From Octopus bimaculoides (lineage: Eukaryota), in contig NC_068985.1 in assembly GCF_001194135.2 (NCBI RefSeq), positions 41,057,162-41,093,260 on the forward strand: a stretch of DNA of 36,099 nucleotides, written 5' to 3'. This document shows, piece by piece, positions 22,004 to 32,075 of this stretch. The notes below the pieces were generated by a model. The model was not told where the DNA came from, did no database searches, and saw only the letters and a program-made list of their open reading frames with translations. The number at the start of each line of letters is the position of its first letter. Position 1 is the first letter of the stretch. The translations under genes were made by a program, and so were the position numbers.

Positions 22004-22218
22004 ATGTTTGTGTGTCTGTGTTTGTCCCCCCCCCAGCATCGCTTGACAACCGATGGTGGTGTGTTTACGTGTCCGTAACTTAGCGGTTCGGCAAAAGAGA
22101 CCGATAGAATAAGTACTAGGCTTACAAAGAATAAGTCCTGGGGTCGATTTGCTCGACTAAAAAGGCGGTGTTCCAGCATGGCCGCAGTCAAATGACTGAA
22201 ACAAGTAAAACAGTAGAA
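21779..22218 (+). mobile_element. SINE family A, full length, with internal (TA)n(TG)n
   Basis: Head TGGCTGTGTGGTAAG / GGGTTCATTCCC, internal microsatellite at about 21940-22020, 3' half ending CAGTCAAATGACTGAAACAAGTAAAA. Colinear with the reverse complement of 32076-32519. Confidence 0.93.
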
Positions 22219-22226
22219 GCCTCGAT

Positions 22227-22361
22227 TGCTTCAAATCCCGCTGAGGTCGACTTTGCTTTTCATCCTTTCGGGGTCGACACAATAAGAACCAGTCAAACAC
22301 TAGGGGTATATCGACCTGTCCCTCCCCTCAAAACTGCTCGCATTGTGCCAAGTTTAGAAAG
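22227..22361 (+). mobile_element. SINE family C, 5'-truncated at the B box
   Basis: TTCAAATCCCGCTGAGGTCGACTTTGCTTTTCATCCTTTCGGGGTCGA...CATTGTGCCAAGTTTAGAAAG. Confidence 0.85.
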
Positions 22362-22780
22362 AAAAAAATGTTGTTAATTTTCTTAAACATGACCGTTCTT
22401 TCGCTCCTCACTCTTTTGACCCTCACAGGCCCACCCTGTTGAGAAGCACTGGTCTTGGACGAGCGTGTAGTTGCAGCAGCTCTGTCTCAGAAGTATTGTA
22501 AGTCTTAGGCTATATTGATGACCAGCAACTGATTGAAGCTGAAGTATTTTCTCTCCTTAAAGAGGAAAGCTCGTCATAGCTATGTTATGTATGCAGAGGT
22601 TCAGGGGCCTATTGTGGTTGTTATCATTACTCTGCCATAATTATTTTCCCAACTCTGACATAACCATTTCTAAGAATTAAATATTCAAAATTTAAGATAT
22701 TTCTATACGTGATAAAGGCACAACATTGACTTTCCGGAACACTTAGTTCCGCAACTATTCCGGACCACACTCTAAATTAA

Positions 22781-23005
22781 ATAAATATTGGTTCCAAATT
22801 TTAGCACAAAGCCTGTAATTACGAGGGAGGGGTGGTTAAGTCGATTACATCGACCTCAGTGGCCAACCGGTACTTATTTTGTCGATCCCGAATGGATAAA
22901 AGACAAGGTCGACCTCGGCGAAATTTGAATTCAGAACGTAAAGACAGACGAAATGCTTCTAAGCATTTTGCGCGGCGTGCTAACGATTTCGATAGCTCAC
23001 CGCCT
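22781..23005 (-). mobile_element. SINE family C, full length, possible 8-bp TSD
   Basis: The family C sequence runs end to end. TAAATTAA occurs at 22773-22780 and 23006-23013. Confidence 0.9.
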
Positions 23006-23109
23006 TAAATTAAGCAAGCATTAAATTTACTTAAATAATTAAATGAAAAACAGGTACCTGAACATTTGTATAAATCATACAAGTTTATTAATAATATACT
23101 GTGCTCGGT

Positions 23110-23322
23110 GAGGCGGCGAGATGGCAGAATCATTAGTACGCCGGGCGAAATGCTTAGCAGTATTTCGTCTGCCATTACGTTCTGCATTCAAATTCCGCCG
23201 AGGCCGAGTTTGCTTTTCATCCTTTCGGGGTCGATAAATTAAATACCAGTTGAATGCCGGGGTCAATATAACCGACTATGCCCCTCCACCAAATTTCAGG
23301 CCTTGTGCTTATAGTAGAAAGG
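23110..23322 (+). mobile_element. SINE family C, full length, with perfect 17-bp target-site duplication
   Basis: AATATACTGTGCTCGGT at 23093-23109 and 23323-23339; A box TGGCAGAATC, B box region TTCAAATTCC. Confidence 0.95.
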
Positions 23323-23659
23323 AATATACTGTGCTCGGTACTAGTTTGTGCAAGGTACCAGTAAACTAGTATGATGGGCGCGGAAATCGGAAGTTCCTGC
23401 TCGTAAGGTTCCGGATTGCTAGAATCCAGAAAGTCGGTGAATTACCTGTATTACTTGAACTTAATCTTTGTTTTTGAGTGTATGTTATATGATCTGAAAG
23501 CAAAGTACGACCTGATTTATAATAAATACAAATTTACCATATTTTGTAAATGTGTAGCACTCACCTAGCACGCTCAAATTATATACACCGCTGGTGTAGT
23601 CGTCAGAGCTAACATTTCTAGTAATTTTTATTTTAAATGTATGTCATTTATGACTAGTG

Positions 23660-23840
23660 AAGGCGCGTGGCCGAGTGGCCAGGGGTGTTGTACTCGCGAC
23701 TTTCTGATCGTAGTTTCGATTCCCGGACCGGACGGTCTGTTGTGTACTTGAGAAAAAAATAAAACAGCTCATTCCACTTGCCCTAGTTCACTCAGCTGTA
23801 AATGATTAACACTGTGATGACAGGTGTCCTGTTCAGGGTG
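23660..23840 (+). mobile_element. tRNA-derived SINE with diverged CORE-like centre and a distinct tail
   Basis: A box TGGCCGAGTGG, B box GTTTCGATTCCC, then ..CTAGTTCACTCAGCTGTAAATGA and tail ACTGTGATGACAGGTGTCCTGTTCAGGG. The tail is reminiscent of the V-SINE domain (weak). Confidence 0.75.
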
Positions 23841-24112
23841 TGTGGATATTGTAATATCGTTCATTTATATGTTAGTATCTGCACTTGCGTGTATAGGTGA
23901 GATCTCAGTATAGAAAACAGTATAGAAAACACATAGTAGTGCTCGAATGAACTGAACTTTACTTCAAATACTTTATCCAGGACTTCGTTGACAACGTCTA
24001 GAGTGGCTATAAGAGACATCCAGGCAAGCTGATATGGAGATAGTGATGTAAATAAACACAATTAAGCTTGGCATATATACATACCCGTACATATATATAG
24101 GATAAAGGGTGT

Positions 24113-24426
24113 AGACCCCTTTCGGTCATAAATGACCATGCGATTGCACCTTGAAGGTGACCTTCTGTGGAAAGGTTGTTTGTAGAAAACCAGCAGTTGA
24201 CCATGCATACCAGTCTCTCCTCTCTATGCTATCAATTTTATACAAGGGACAGGCAAAGGCCAATACAGCTTGGCACCAGTGACGTCACAACTCATTTTTA
24301 CAGCTGAATGAACTGGAGCAACGTGAAATAAAGTGTCTTGCTCAAGAACACAACACACAGCCCGGTCCGGGAATCGAACTCACTACCTCATGATTGTGAA
24401 CCCGACGCTCTAACCACTGAGCCATG
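24113..24426 (-). mobile_element. SINE family D, near full length with an internal deletion
   Basis: The minus strand reads TGGCTCAGTGGTTAGAGC..GAGTTCGATTCCCGGACCGGGC, then the CORE-like centre and the D tail shared with 12505-12785. Confidence 0.9.
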
Positions 24427-25084
24427 TAGGTATCTATAGATACATATAACTACGTATATTCATAAAGGTAAACACCCCCCCCCACACACACACATACAAA
24501 TATATTTATACAGTATACAAAATTCAGAACACCAAGAAGAGAATACACAGTTTCTTAACTCGACAGCTGTTTCAGGAAACTCGGAATTTCGTAGTGATCG
24601 CAATATTCATAATCAGCAGATGGAATGTACAAAGAGTCTTGGGTATGCAACCAGTAAACAGTCACATAGAAATATCACTGTAAGTCCGGCTTCCTTTATC
24701 AGGGCACGAATATATGTTTTTGTTTTGTCTCTCAAATTGCACACCAACAGAGGTTCGTTTACGTCTACTTCCTTCCTCCGTTAGATTCTACTATTTGTAA
24801 CTAAAGAGGGTGATGTATCAAGATTGTTTCACTAGTTTTATACAGTGACTGTCTTTTGACAGTCTTTTCTTTTGAACGATGTATTGGTGGTGACTCGACT
24901 GTTCAGCCCAACATAAGGTATCTAGACTACATGTGGATGATGTCTGTGTTGTATACTAGGGAAGAGTTAACAGTGTTTCATCTTCATAGATGTAAGAGTC
25001 ATTAGACGCTTAGAGCAAGTCGTCATTAATGAAAGAAGGAAGATGTAAACGAACCTTGGGGTTTATTTAGAGTTGATCTAGTGG

Positions 25085-25240
25085 TTGTTGTTGTTGTTCA
25101 ACCCTTGGTCAGACCTGATTAAGCTGACTTATAATCAAAGGCTTTCAGCTTTAACCACATCGTCTTGTTTTCTGGATATATATAACTGCATTATTCACTG
25201 AATCCATTACGTTTTAAGATGGCTGGGTACGATCTGATCA
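25085..25240 (-). repeat. Dispersed repeat J, copy 1 (probable retroposon 3' end with an (AAC)n tail)
   Basis: (GTT)n followed by CCCTTGGTCAGACCTGATTAAGCTGACTTATAATCAAAGGC. Similar starts occur at 27393, 28010 and 28430. Orientation is inferred from the tail. Confidence 0.6.
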
Positions 25241-25630
25241 TTAAGAAGGAAAGTGAAAATCATTGTTACAGGACATGTTAGTAAAGGCTATCTCCATTGC
25301 CTTTGAGATGCTGGAAGTGAGTACACTAAGACAGTGACTGGCAGAATCAGAGGGAGGTTTTGTTAATGGGATAGTTGATGTCTAAATTTCAATGAGATTC
25401 GTTTCTGCTTTGGAGAAAAGCACTATCTCTGTTGGGTTGAAATTTGAAAAATAGAACGGGAACTTATATTCATACATAGACACATGTATACGTGCACAGA
25501 TGCTAACATATAGAGTCACACACATATACATATACATACACATATACATATAAAAAAATAAGGTAGACATGTACGCATATGCATAAATCTTTCTATTCTT
25601 CTCTCTTTCTCTCTATCCCTCTCTCTTTCT

Positions 25631-25685
<55 letters not shown>

Positions 25686-25699
25686 TGTGTGTGTGTGTG

Positions 25700-25906
25700 T
25701 GTGTTTGCCCCCCACTACCACTGGACAGTCGGTGTTAGTGTGTTTACGTCCTCGTAACTTAGCAGTTCGGCAACAGTGACTGATAGATTAAGTACCAGGC
25801 TTAAAAAAAAAAAGTAATGGTGACCATTCATTCGACTAAAAATTCTGCGAGGCCGTGCCCCAGCATGGCCGCAGTCTAATGACAGAATCAAGTAAAAGAT
25901 AAAAGA
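25700..25906 (+). mobile_element. SINE family A variant, 3' half only, starting at a (TG)n/(GA)n microsatellite
   Basis: GTGTGTTTACGTCCTCGTAACTTAGCAGTTCGGCAA...CCAGCATGGCCGCAGTCTAATGACAGAATCAAGTAAAAGATAAAAG matches the 3' half of 21779-22218. Confidence 0.85.
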
Positions 25907-26384
25907 AATGCCATCCACAGGAAAGACTGTCTGGGGTAGATGTAGCAAATATTGCTGATATTGAAGACATACGTGTGTTTCAATACGANNNNNNNNNNNN
26001 NNNNNNNNNNNNNNNNNNNNNNNNNNNNNNNNNNNNNNNNNNNNNNNNNNNNNNNNNNNNNNNNNNNNNNNNNNNNNNNNNNNNNNNNNNNNNNNNNNNN
26101 NNNNNNNNNNNNNNNNNNNNNNNNNNNNNNNNNNNNNNNNNNNNNNNNNNNNNNNNNNNNNNNNNNNNNNNNNNNNNNNNNNNNNNNNNNNNNNNNNNNN
26201 NNNNNNNNNNNNNNNNNNNNNNNNNNNNNNNNNNNNNNNNNNNNNNNNNNNNNNNNNNNNNNNNNNNNNNNNNNNNNNNNNNNNNNNNNNNNNNNNNNNN
26301 NNNNNNNNNNNNNNNNNNNNNNNNNNNNNNNNNNNNNNNNNNNNNNNNNNNNNNNNNNNNNNNNNNNNACATACATACATACAT

Positions 26385-26590
26385 ATATTCAAATCTGCAC
26401 ATGCACTGACTCCAAATACTGCACATATACATACACACATGCACAAATACCCCGTTGATGGTGTTGAAATTCCATTGAAGGAGCCTTGGGTCTAGGTTAG
26501 GAACCGGCTCTTTCTCTCTTGGCAAGTAATCTTGAAATAAAACTGAACAATGATATACATACATACATACATACATACATACATACATGT
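26385..26590 (-). repeat. Dispersed module H, copy 2
   Basis: Reverse-complement match to 16475-16640; bounded by (TACA)n. Confidence 0.8.
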
Positions 26591-26809
26591 AATTAATGGA
26601 ATACTGAGATATGTAACACACTGCCTAAATACTAATCTTGAGAAATTAGGTTTCCCAAAACCAGAAGGAGAAAGCTGATTCGAAGACTACAGATCCAATC
26701 CATCACTGGAACTGTAAAAATCTGTAAAACTTTTCAGAAGTCTATCATTTAAGCATATATGAGCATGTCTAGATATGCAAGTATATGCATGAGAAGACAT
26801 ACATGAAAC

Positions 26810-27135
26810 AAAACATACAAATCTGCACATACATACATACATAGATACATACATACATAGATACATACATACATACCAAAAATACCTTGTTTTTGATGTT
26901 GAAGTTCAAATGAAGGAGCCTTGGATTTAAGTAAGAAACCAGGTCTGTCTCTATTGGCAAGACATCTGGAAATAAAACTGAATAATGACATACATACATA
27001 CATACATATCCGATGAGCTTCCCTACAATTTCCATCTACCAAATTTACTCATACGCCTTGGTTACCCGAAGCCATATTTGAAGACACTTGCGCAAGGTGC
27101 CATACGGAGGGACTAAACCCGAAATCACGTTGTAA
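26810..27135 (-). mobile_element. SINE-A-type head, (GTAT)n, then module H (copy 3)
   Basis: 27005-27135 matches the A head (CTACCAAATTTACTCA..GAAGACACTTGCGCAAGGTGCC..GGACTAAACCCG). 26870-26995 matches module H. Confidence 0.75.
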
Positions 27136-27279
27136 AAAAAAAAAAAACGTGGAAAAAAAGACCAAGAGTAAAACAAAACAAAACAAAGCAAAAAAAAAAA
27201 ACTGAACATTGAATATATTTACCTCAAGATTTTGAAGTGGATGCGTTAACTCCTTTATCTTCCTCATCTCTAATTTGTT

Positions 27280-27295
27280 ACTCAGCAGCAGCAGC

Positions 27296-27355
<60 letters not shown>

Positions 27356-27739
27356 CGCAGCAGCAGCAGCAGCAGTAGTTAGTGTTAGTAGATGTTGTTG
27401 GTTGTTGTTTAGAACCAGGTCGATTCTTAACAAGCAGACCAGCGATCAAAAGACATTCCACTCGTGCCCGGCCCGCTTTTTATCCTTTCCCAGACACGCT
27501 GTATCCCGGATTACATTATCGAATGTGGGATCTTTGAGTGAGATTTTGGCTGCTCTTTCTGGCAAGTCAAACCACCACGTAAGAGGTCCCTTTATTTGAA
27601 TTGCTGTCGTTGTTGTTGTTGTTGTTGTTGTTGTTGTGCTTTTGATATTGTTGTTGCAGAGGCTAGTAAGTATTGCTATTATTTTTAGTCTCCTTGTTTG
27701 TTGTTGCTGCTGCTACTGCTGTTGCTGATGTTTCTGTGC

Positions 27740-27789
<50 letters not shown>

Positions 27790-28010
27790 GTTGGTGTTGC
27801 CGATGACGATAATGAAGTTAATGGCCGTTGTTGATAATCTTACAAGTGTTGTAGTTGATGTGGTGCTGGTTTCCCGCATAACTTTGCTTTTTGTTGTTGT
27901 CTGCCGCTGCCGCCACTGCTGCTAATGTTCTTGAGGTTGTTGTTGTTGTTGTTGTGGTTGATGATGATGATGATGATGGTGATGGTGATGGCGATAATGA
28001 TGATGATGCT
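27280..28010. repeat. Trinucleotide field (GCA/GTA/GTT/GGT/GAT)n, containing repeat J copy 2 at 27393-27590
   Basis: Directly visible. J motifs TTTAGAACCAGGTC..GCAGACCAGCGATCAAAAGACATTCC and GAGATTTTGGCTGCTCTTTCTGGCAAGTC. Confidence 0.85.
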
Positions 28011-28063
28011 GTTGATATTGTTCTTTAGCCCCAGGTCAGCCTTGACCATGCAGACCTCTGATA
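28010..28063 (-). repeat. Dispersed repeat J, copy 3 (short)
   Basis: TTTAGCCCCAGGTCAGCCTTGACCATGCAGACCTCTGAT. Confidence 0.6.
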
Positions 28064-28274
28064 GTGAAACGAACAAGATGTACTCCACAGATCCAGGCCT
28101 ATCCACATATCGCATTTACTCAGGGATCTGTTACACTTATTATATATACTTGATTTAAATTGAGAAAAAAAAAAGAAAAAAAAAGAAAAAAAGAAAGAAA
28201 AAAGGTGGTGTTAATGACGGGAGCAAAGCCAAAACTATGAAAGGAAAAAATTTGTACTGATTTATCACAAAATT

Positions 28275-28345
28275 AGGGGTGCGACTTACACACGTGTGCG
28301 ACTTGTACACAAGTGCGTTTTATACACGAGTAAATTCGGTCAGTA
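28275..28345. mobile_element. End of a pogo/Tc1-type DNA element with three 17-bp subterminal repeats
   Basis: GTGCGACTTACACACGT, GTGCGACTTGTACACAA and GTGCGTTTTATACACGA at 28279, 28296 and 28313, followed by the TIR-like GTAAATTCGGT. Confidence 0.55.
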
Positions 28346-28429
28346 CCGTGCCTTACTTCGGAGGAAATAAAGTGTGCAATTTGGGTATGTTACACTCCCT
28401 GCATTGTGTAGCGTGCAGTCTGTGTGCAG

Positions 28430-28625
28430 TTGTTATTTAGCACTTTATAGTGCTAAATCCTGATGGTGCAAACTAATGATCCACGGAATTCCAACCGTGA
28501 CTATCCCTTCTTTACTGTGGTTTTGTTGTTGTTGTTGCTGTACTGTATAATCTAGTGTGTCCTTTACTTTCGCCAAGGCAAGTAAGGTGTGTAATTTGAG
28601 GTAGAATTGGCAACTATTTCAAGCA
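28430..28625 (-). repeat. Dispersed repeat J, copy 4 (diverged)
   Basis: GTTGTTATTTAGCAC..CCTGATGGTGCAAACTAATGATCCACGGAATTCCAACCGTGACTATCCC..GTGTAATTTGAGGTAGAATTGGCAACTATTTCAAGCAG. Confidence 0.55.
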
Positions 28626-28639
28626 GAGGCTTCGTCGTT

Positions 28640-28817
28640 ACTTTGTGTTGTTGTTACTGATGGCGGTGATGAAGTGGTTGTAGTAGTTGTGATGGTGTTG
28701 TTATTATTGTTGTTAGTGGTGGTGGTGGTAGTGGTGGTGGTGGTGGTGGTAGTGGTGGTGGTGGTGGTGGTGGTGGTGGTGATGACGATATACAAATAGC
28801 TGCAATTGTTGTTATTT
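28640..28817. repeat. (GGT/GTT/GAT)n microsatellite running into a gap
   Basis: Directly visible. Confidence 0.9.
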
Positions 28818-29718
28818 NNNNNNNNNNNNNNNNNNNNNNNNNNNNNNNNNNNNNNNNNNNNNNNNNNNNNNNNNNNNNNNNNNNNNNNNNNNNNNNNNNN
28901 NNNNNNNNNNNNNNNNNNNNNNNNNNNNNNNNNNNNNNNNNNNNNNNNNNNNNNNNNNNNNNNNNNNNNNNNNNNNNNNNNNNNNNNNNNNNNNNNNNNN
29001 NNNNNNNNNNNNNNNNNNNNNNNNNNNNNNNNNNNNNNNNNNNNNNNNNNNNNNNNNNNNNNNNNNNNNNNNNNNNNNNNNNNNNNNNNNNNNNNNNNNN
29101 NNNNNNNNNNNNNNNNNNNNNNNNNNNNNNNNNNNNNNNNNNNNNNNNNNNNNNNNNNNNNNNNNNNNNNNNNNNNNNNNNNNNNNNNNNNNNNNNNNNN
29201 NNNNNNNNNNNNNNNNNNNNNNNNNNNNNNNNNNNNNNNNNNNNNNNNNNNNNNNNNNNNNNNNNNNNNNNNNNNNNNNNNNNNNNNNNNNNNNNNNNNN
29301 NNNNNNNNNNNNNNNNNNNNNNNNNNNNNNNNNNNNNNNNNNNNNNNNNNNNNNNNNNNNNNNNNNNNNNNNNNNNNNNNNNNNNNNNNNNNNNNNNNNN
29401 NNNNNNNNNNNNNNNNNNNNNNNNNNNNNNNNNNNNNNNNNNNNNNNNNNNNNNNNNNNNNNNNNNNNNNNNNNNNNNNNNNNNNNNNNNNNNNNNNNNN
29501 NNNNNNNNNNNNNNNNNNNNNNNNNNNNNNNNNNNNNNNNNNNNNNNNNNNNNNNNNNNNNNNNNNNNNNNNNNNNNNNNNNNNNNNNNNNNNNNNNNNN
29601 NNNNNNNNNNNNNNNNNNNNNNNNNNNNNNNNNCCAATTGCACACTCACATACACTCACGCACACATTCACATATGCACAGATAAACGCGCGCACGCGCA
29701 CGCACAGACACAGACACA

Positions 29719-29767
<49 letters not shown>

Positions 29768-30009
29768 TAAAATTGCTGATATGTTAACAGTATTTCGTTT
29801 CGTTCCTCTAACGAATTATAAAATCCACGGAATCATTTTGAGCCAACTCTGACACTGTATATTTCGACTAAGACAGGATAAAAGGCAACTAACCAGGAGA
29901 TGGAGAAATCCAATGATAAACCCTGAGATATATTTTTAATTGAGTTTGTGGCAAACATTTGTACTAACTTTCTGACATCAGCATTTCCATAGTGTGTCTA
30001 ATTCTACAC

Positions 30010-30168
30010 AGGCGCAGGAGTGGCTGTGTGGCAAGTAGCTTGCTTACCAACCACATGGTTCCGGGTTCAGTCCCACTGTGTGGCACCTTGGGCAAGTGTC
30101 TTCTCTTATAGCCTCGGGTCGACCAGGATTTGGTAGACGGAAACTGAAAGCAGCCCGTCGTATATATG
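30010..30168 (+). mobile_element. SINE family A, 5' half
   Basis: GGCGCAGGAGTGGCTGTGTGG..GGGTTCAGTCCCACTG..GCCCGTCGTATATATG, with a short deletion at about 30126. Confidence 0.9.
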
Positions 30169-30473
30169 TACGATGTGGAAAATATACCACCAGCATTGCC
30201 CAAACGACCTGAACATTAATTTCAAGGTTCATCCAAGGCTGGGACCACGGGCCATACGCCCCCTGCCCAATTCAGGATCACAACATATACGTACACTGCG
30301 GCATTTCTTTTCCTCAACAGGCCCTGCCCTGTTTAACATTGTCCCGAAACAGATAAAAGAGGAAAAGGATCCTATCAGCTTTAAACGGAGTCTAGACAGA
30401 TTTCTTCAAGGAATACCAGACAAGCCACCCATACCTGGATACAACTCAGTCAATAAGAACTCACTACTTGAAT
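30161..30473 (+). mobile_element. LINE ORF2 C-terminal fragment (CR1/L2-group-like, not RTE)
   Basis: Open frame MWKIYHQHCPND..GP.LFNIVPKQIK..FKRSLDRFLQGIPDKPPIPGY..NSLLE. The 'LFN.LP..I....FK..LD.FL..IPD.P..PGY' pattern is typical of LINE ORF2 ends. The clade assignment is tentative and the fragment runs into a gap. Confidence 0.8.
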
Positions 30474-31259
30474 NNNNNNNNNNNNNNNNNNNNNNNNNNN
30501 NNNNNNNNNNNNNNNNNNNNNNNNNNNNNNNNNNNNNNNNNNNNNNNNNNNNNNNNNNNNNNNNNNNNNNNNNNNNNNNNNNNNNNNNNNNNNNNNNNNN
30601 NNNNNNNNNNNNNNNNNNNNNNNNNNNNNNNNNNNNNNNNNNNNNNNNNNNNNNNNNNNNNNNNNNNNNNNNNNNNNNNNNNNNNNNNNNNNNNNNNNNN
30701 NNNNNNNNNNNNNNNNNNNNNNNNNNNNNNNNNNNNNNNNNNNNNNNNNNNNNNNNNNNNNNNNNNNNNNNNNNNNNNNNNNNNNNNNNNNNNNNNNNNN
30801 NNNNNNNNNNNNNNNNNNNNNNNNNNNNNNNNNNNNNNNNNNNNNNNNNNNNNNNNNNNNNNNNNNNNNNNNNNNNNNNNNNNNNNNNNNNNNNNNNNNN
30901 NNNNNNNNNNNNNNNNNNNNNNNNNNNNNNNNNNNNNNNNNNNNNNNNNNNNNNNNNNNNNNNNNNNNNNNNNNNNNNNNNNNNNNNNNNNNNNNNNNNN
31001 NNNNNNNNNNNNNNNNNNNNNNNNNNNNNNNNNNNNNNNNNNNNNNNNNNNNNNNNNNNNNNNNNNNNNNNNNNNNNNNNNNNNNNNNNNNNNNNNNNNN
31101 NNNNNNNNNNNNNNNNNNNNNNNNNNNNNNNNNNNNNNNNNNNNNNNNNNNNNNNNNNNNNNNNNNNNNNNNNNNNNNNNNNNNNNNNNNNNNNNNNNNN
31201 NNNNNNNNNNNNNNNNNNNNNNNNNNNNNNNNNNNNNNNNNNNNNNNNNNNNNNNNNNN

Positions 31260-31456
31260 ATTTTGGCACAAGGTCAACAAGTTCGGGTTAAGTCGATTAT
31301 ATCGCCCCTAGTGCTCAATTGATTCTTATTTTATTGACCCTAAAGGATGAAAGGCAATGTCGAACTCAGCGGAATTTGAACTCAGAACGTAAAGTCGAAC
31401 GAAATGCCGTTAAGTATTTTAACCGGCGTGCTAACGATTCTGCCAGTTCACCGCCT
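31260..31456 (-). mobile_element. SINE family C, near full length
   Basis: The minus strand gives the head GGCGGTGAACTGGCAGAATCGTTAGC..GAGTTCAAATTCC; the tail ends at the gap edge. Confidence 0.88.
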
Positions 31457-31530
31457 TCTGACGGCTATAATATTGACTGTTAGACCCTCATATTTCAAAG
31501 CTGACGGGAGAATCCACTATACATACATAT

Positions 31531-31827
31531 CCTGGCATTCCGTCGCTTACGACGACGAGTGGTTCAGTTGATCCGATCAATTGAACAGTGCTCGTGAAAT
31601 TAACGTTCAAGTGGCTGAGTACTCCACAGACACGCGTACCCTTAACGTACAGAATGTGACAAGGCTGGCTCTTTTGAAATACAGGTACTACTCATTTTTG
31701 CCAGCTGAGTGGATTGGAGCAACGTGAAATAAAGTGTCTTGCTCAAGGTCGCATCGCACCGCCGAGTATCGAACTCACGACCTTACGATCGTGAGCCGAA
31801 TACGCTGATTACTAAGCCACGCGCCTT
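31531..31827 (-). mobile_element. SINE family B (tRNA head, CORE-like centre, B/F tail)
   Basis: The minus strand reads GGCGCGTGGCTTAGT..GAGTTCGATACTC, TTGAGCAAGACACTTTATTTCACGTTGCTCC, and a tail ending GTCGTCGTAAGCGACGGAATGCCA. Confidence 0.88.
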
Positions 31828-32075
31828 CGTACATGCATACATACATGCATACATATAAACAAAAAAGTGTGTGTGTGTGTGTGCGCGCGCGCGCGCGTGA
31901 AGCAGTTTGTCCTGAGCAACGTACACAAGAAACGAAACCAGGTATGAACTTGTAAAAGAAAAAAACTACTGAAGAGAAAAATTACCGGATGAAACAAAGC
32001 CAGGGAATATGGAAAGTCTTTCGACTCGTGGAAAGTCTTTCGACAAGATATAGGTTGGAAGGAGTGGCTTAACAT

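Noticed and set aside
24355-24426. tRNA-like sequences here and at 16199, 21781, 23110, 23660, 30010, 31760 and 35780
   Set aside because: Each has A/B boxes but no complete acceptor stem and runs straight into a SINE body; they are SINE heads, not tRNA genes.
28070-28128. Minus-strand peptide SLSKCDMWIGLDLWSTSC containing the C-type lectin WIGL word
   Set aside because: A single 4-residue match with no other lectin motif or donor site, running into repeat J.
27698-28158. Poly-Leu/Val/Met ORFs resembling signal or transmembrane segments
   Set aside because: They come from (GTT/GGT/GAT)n and repeat J.
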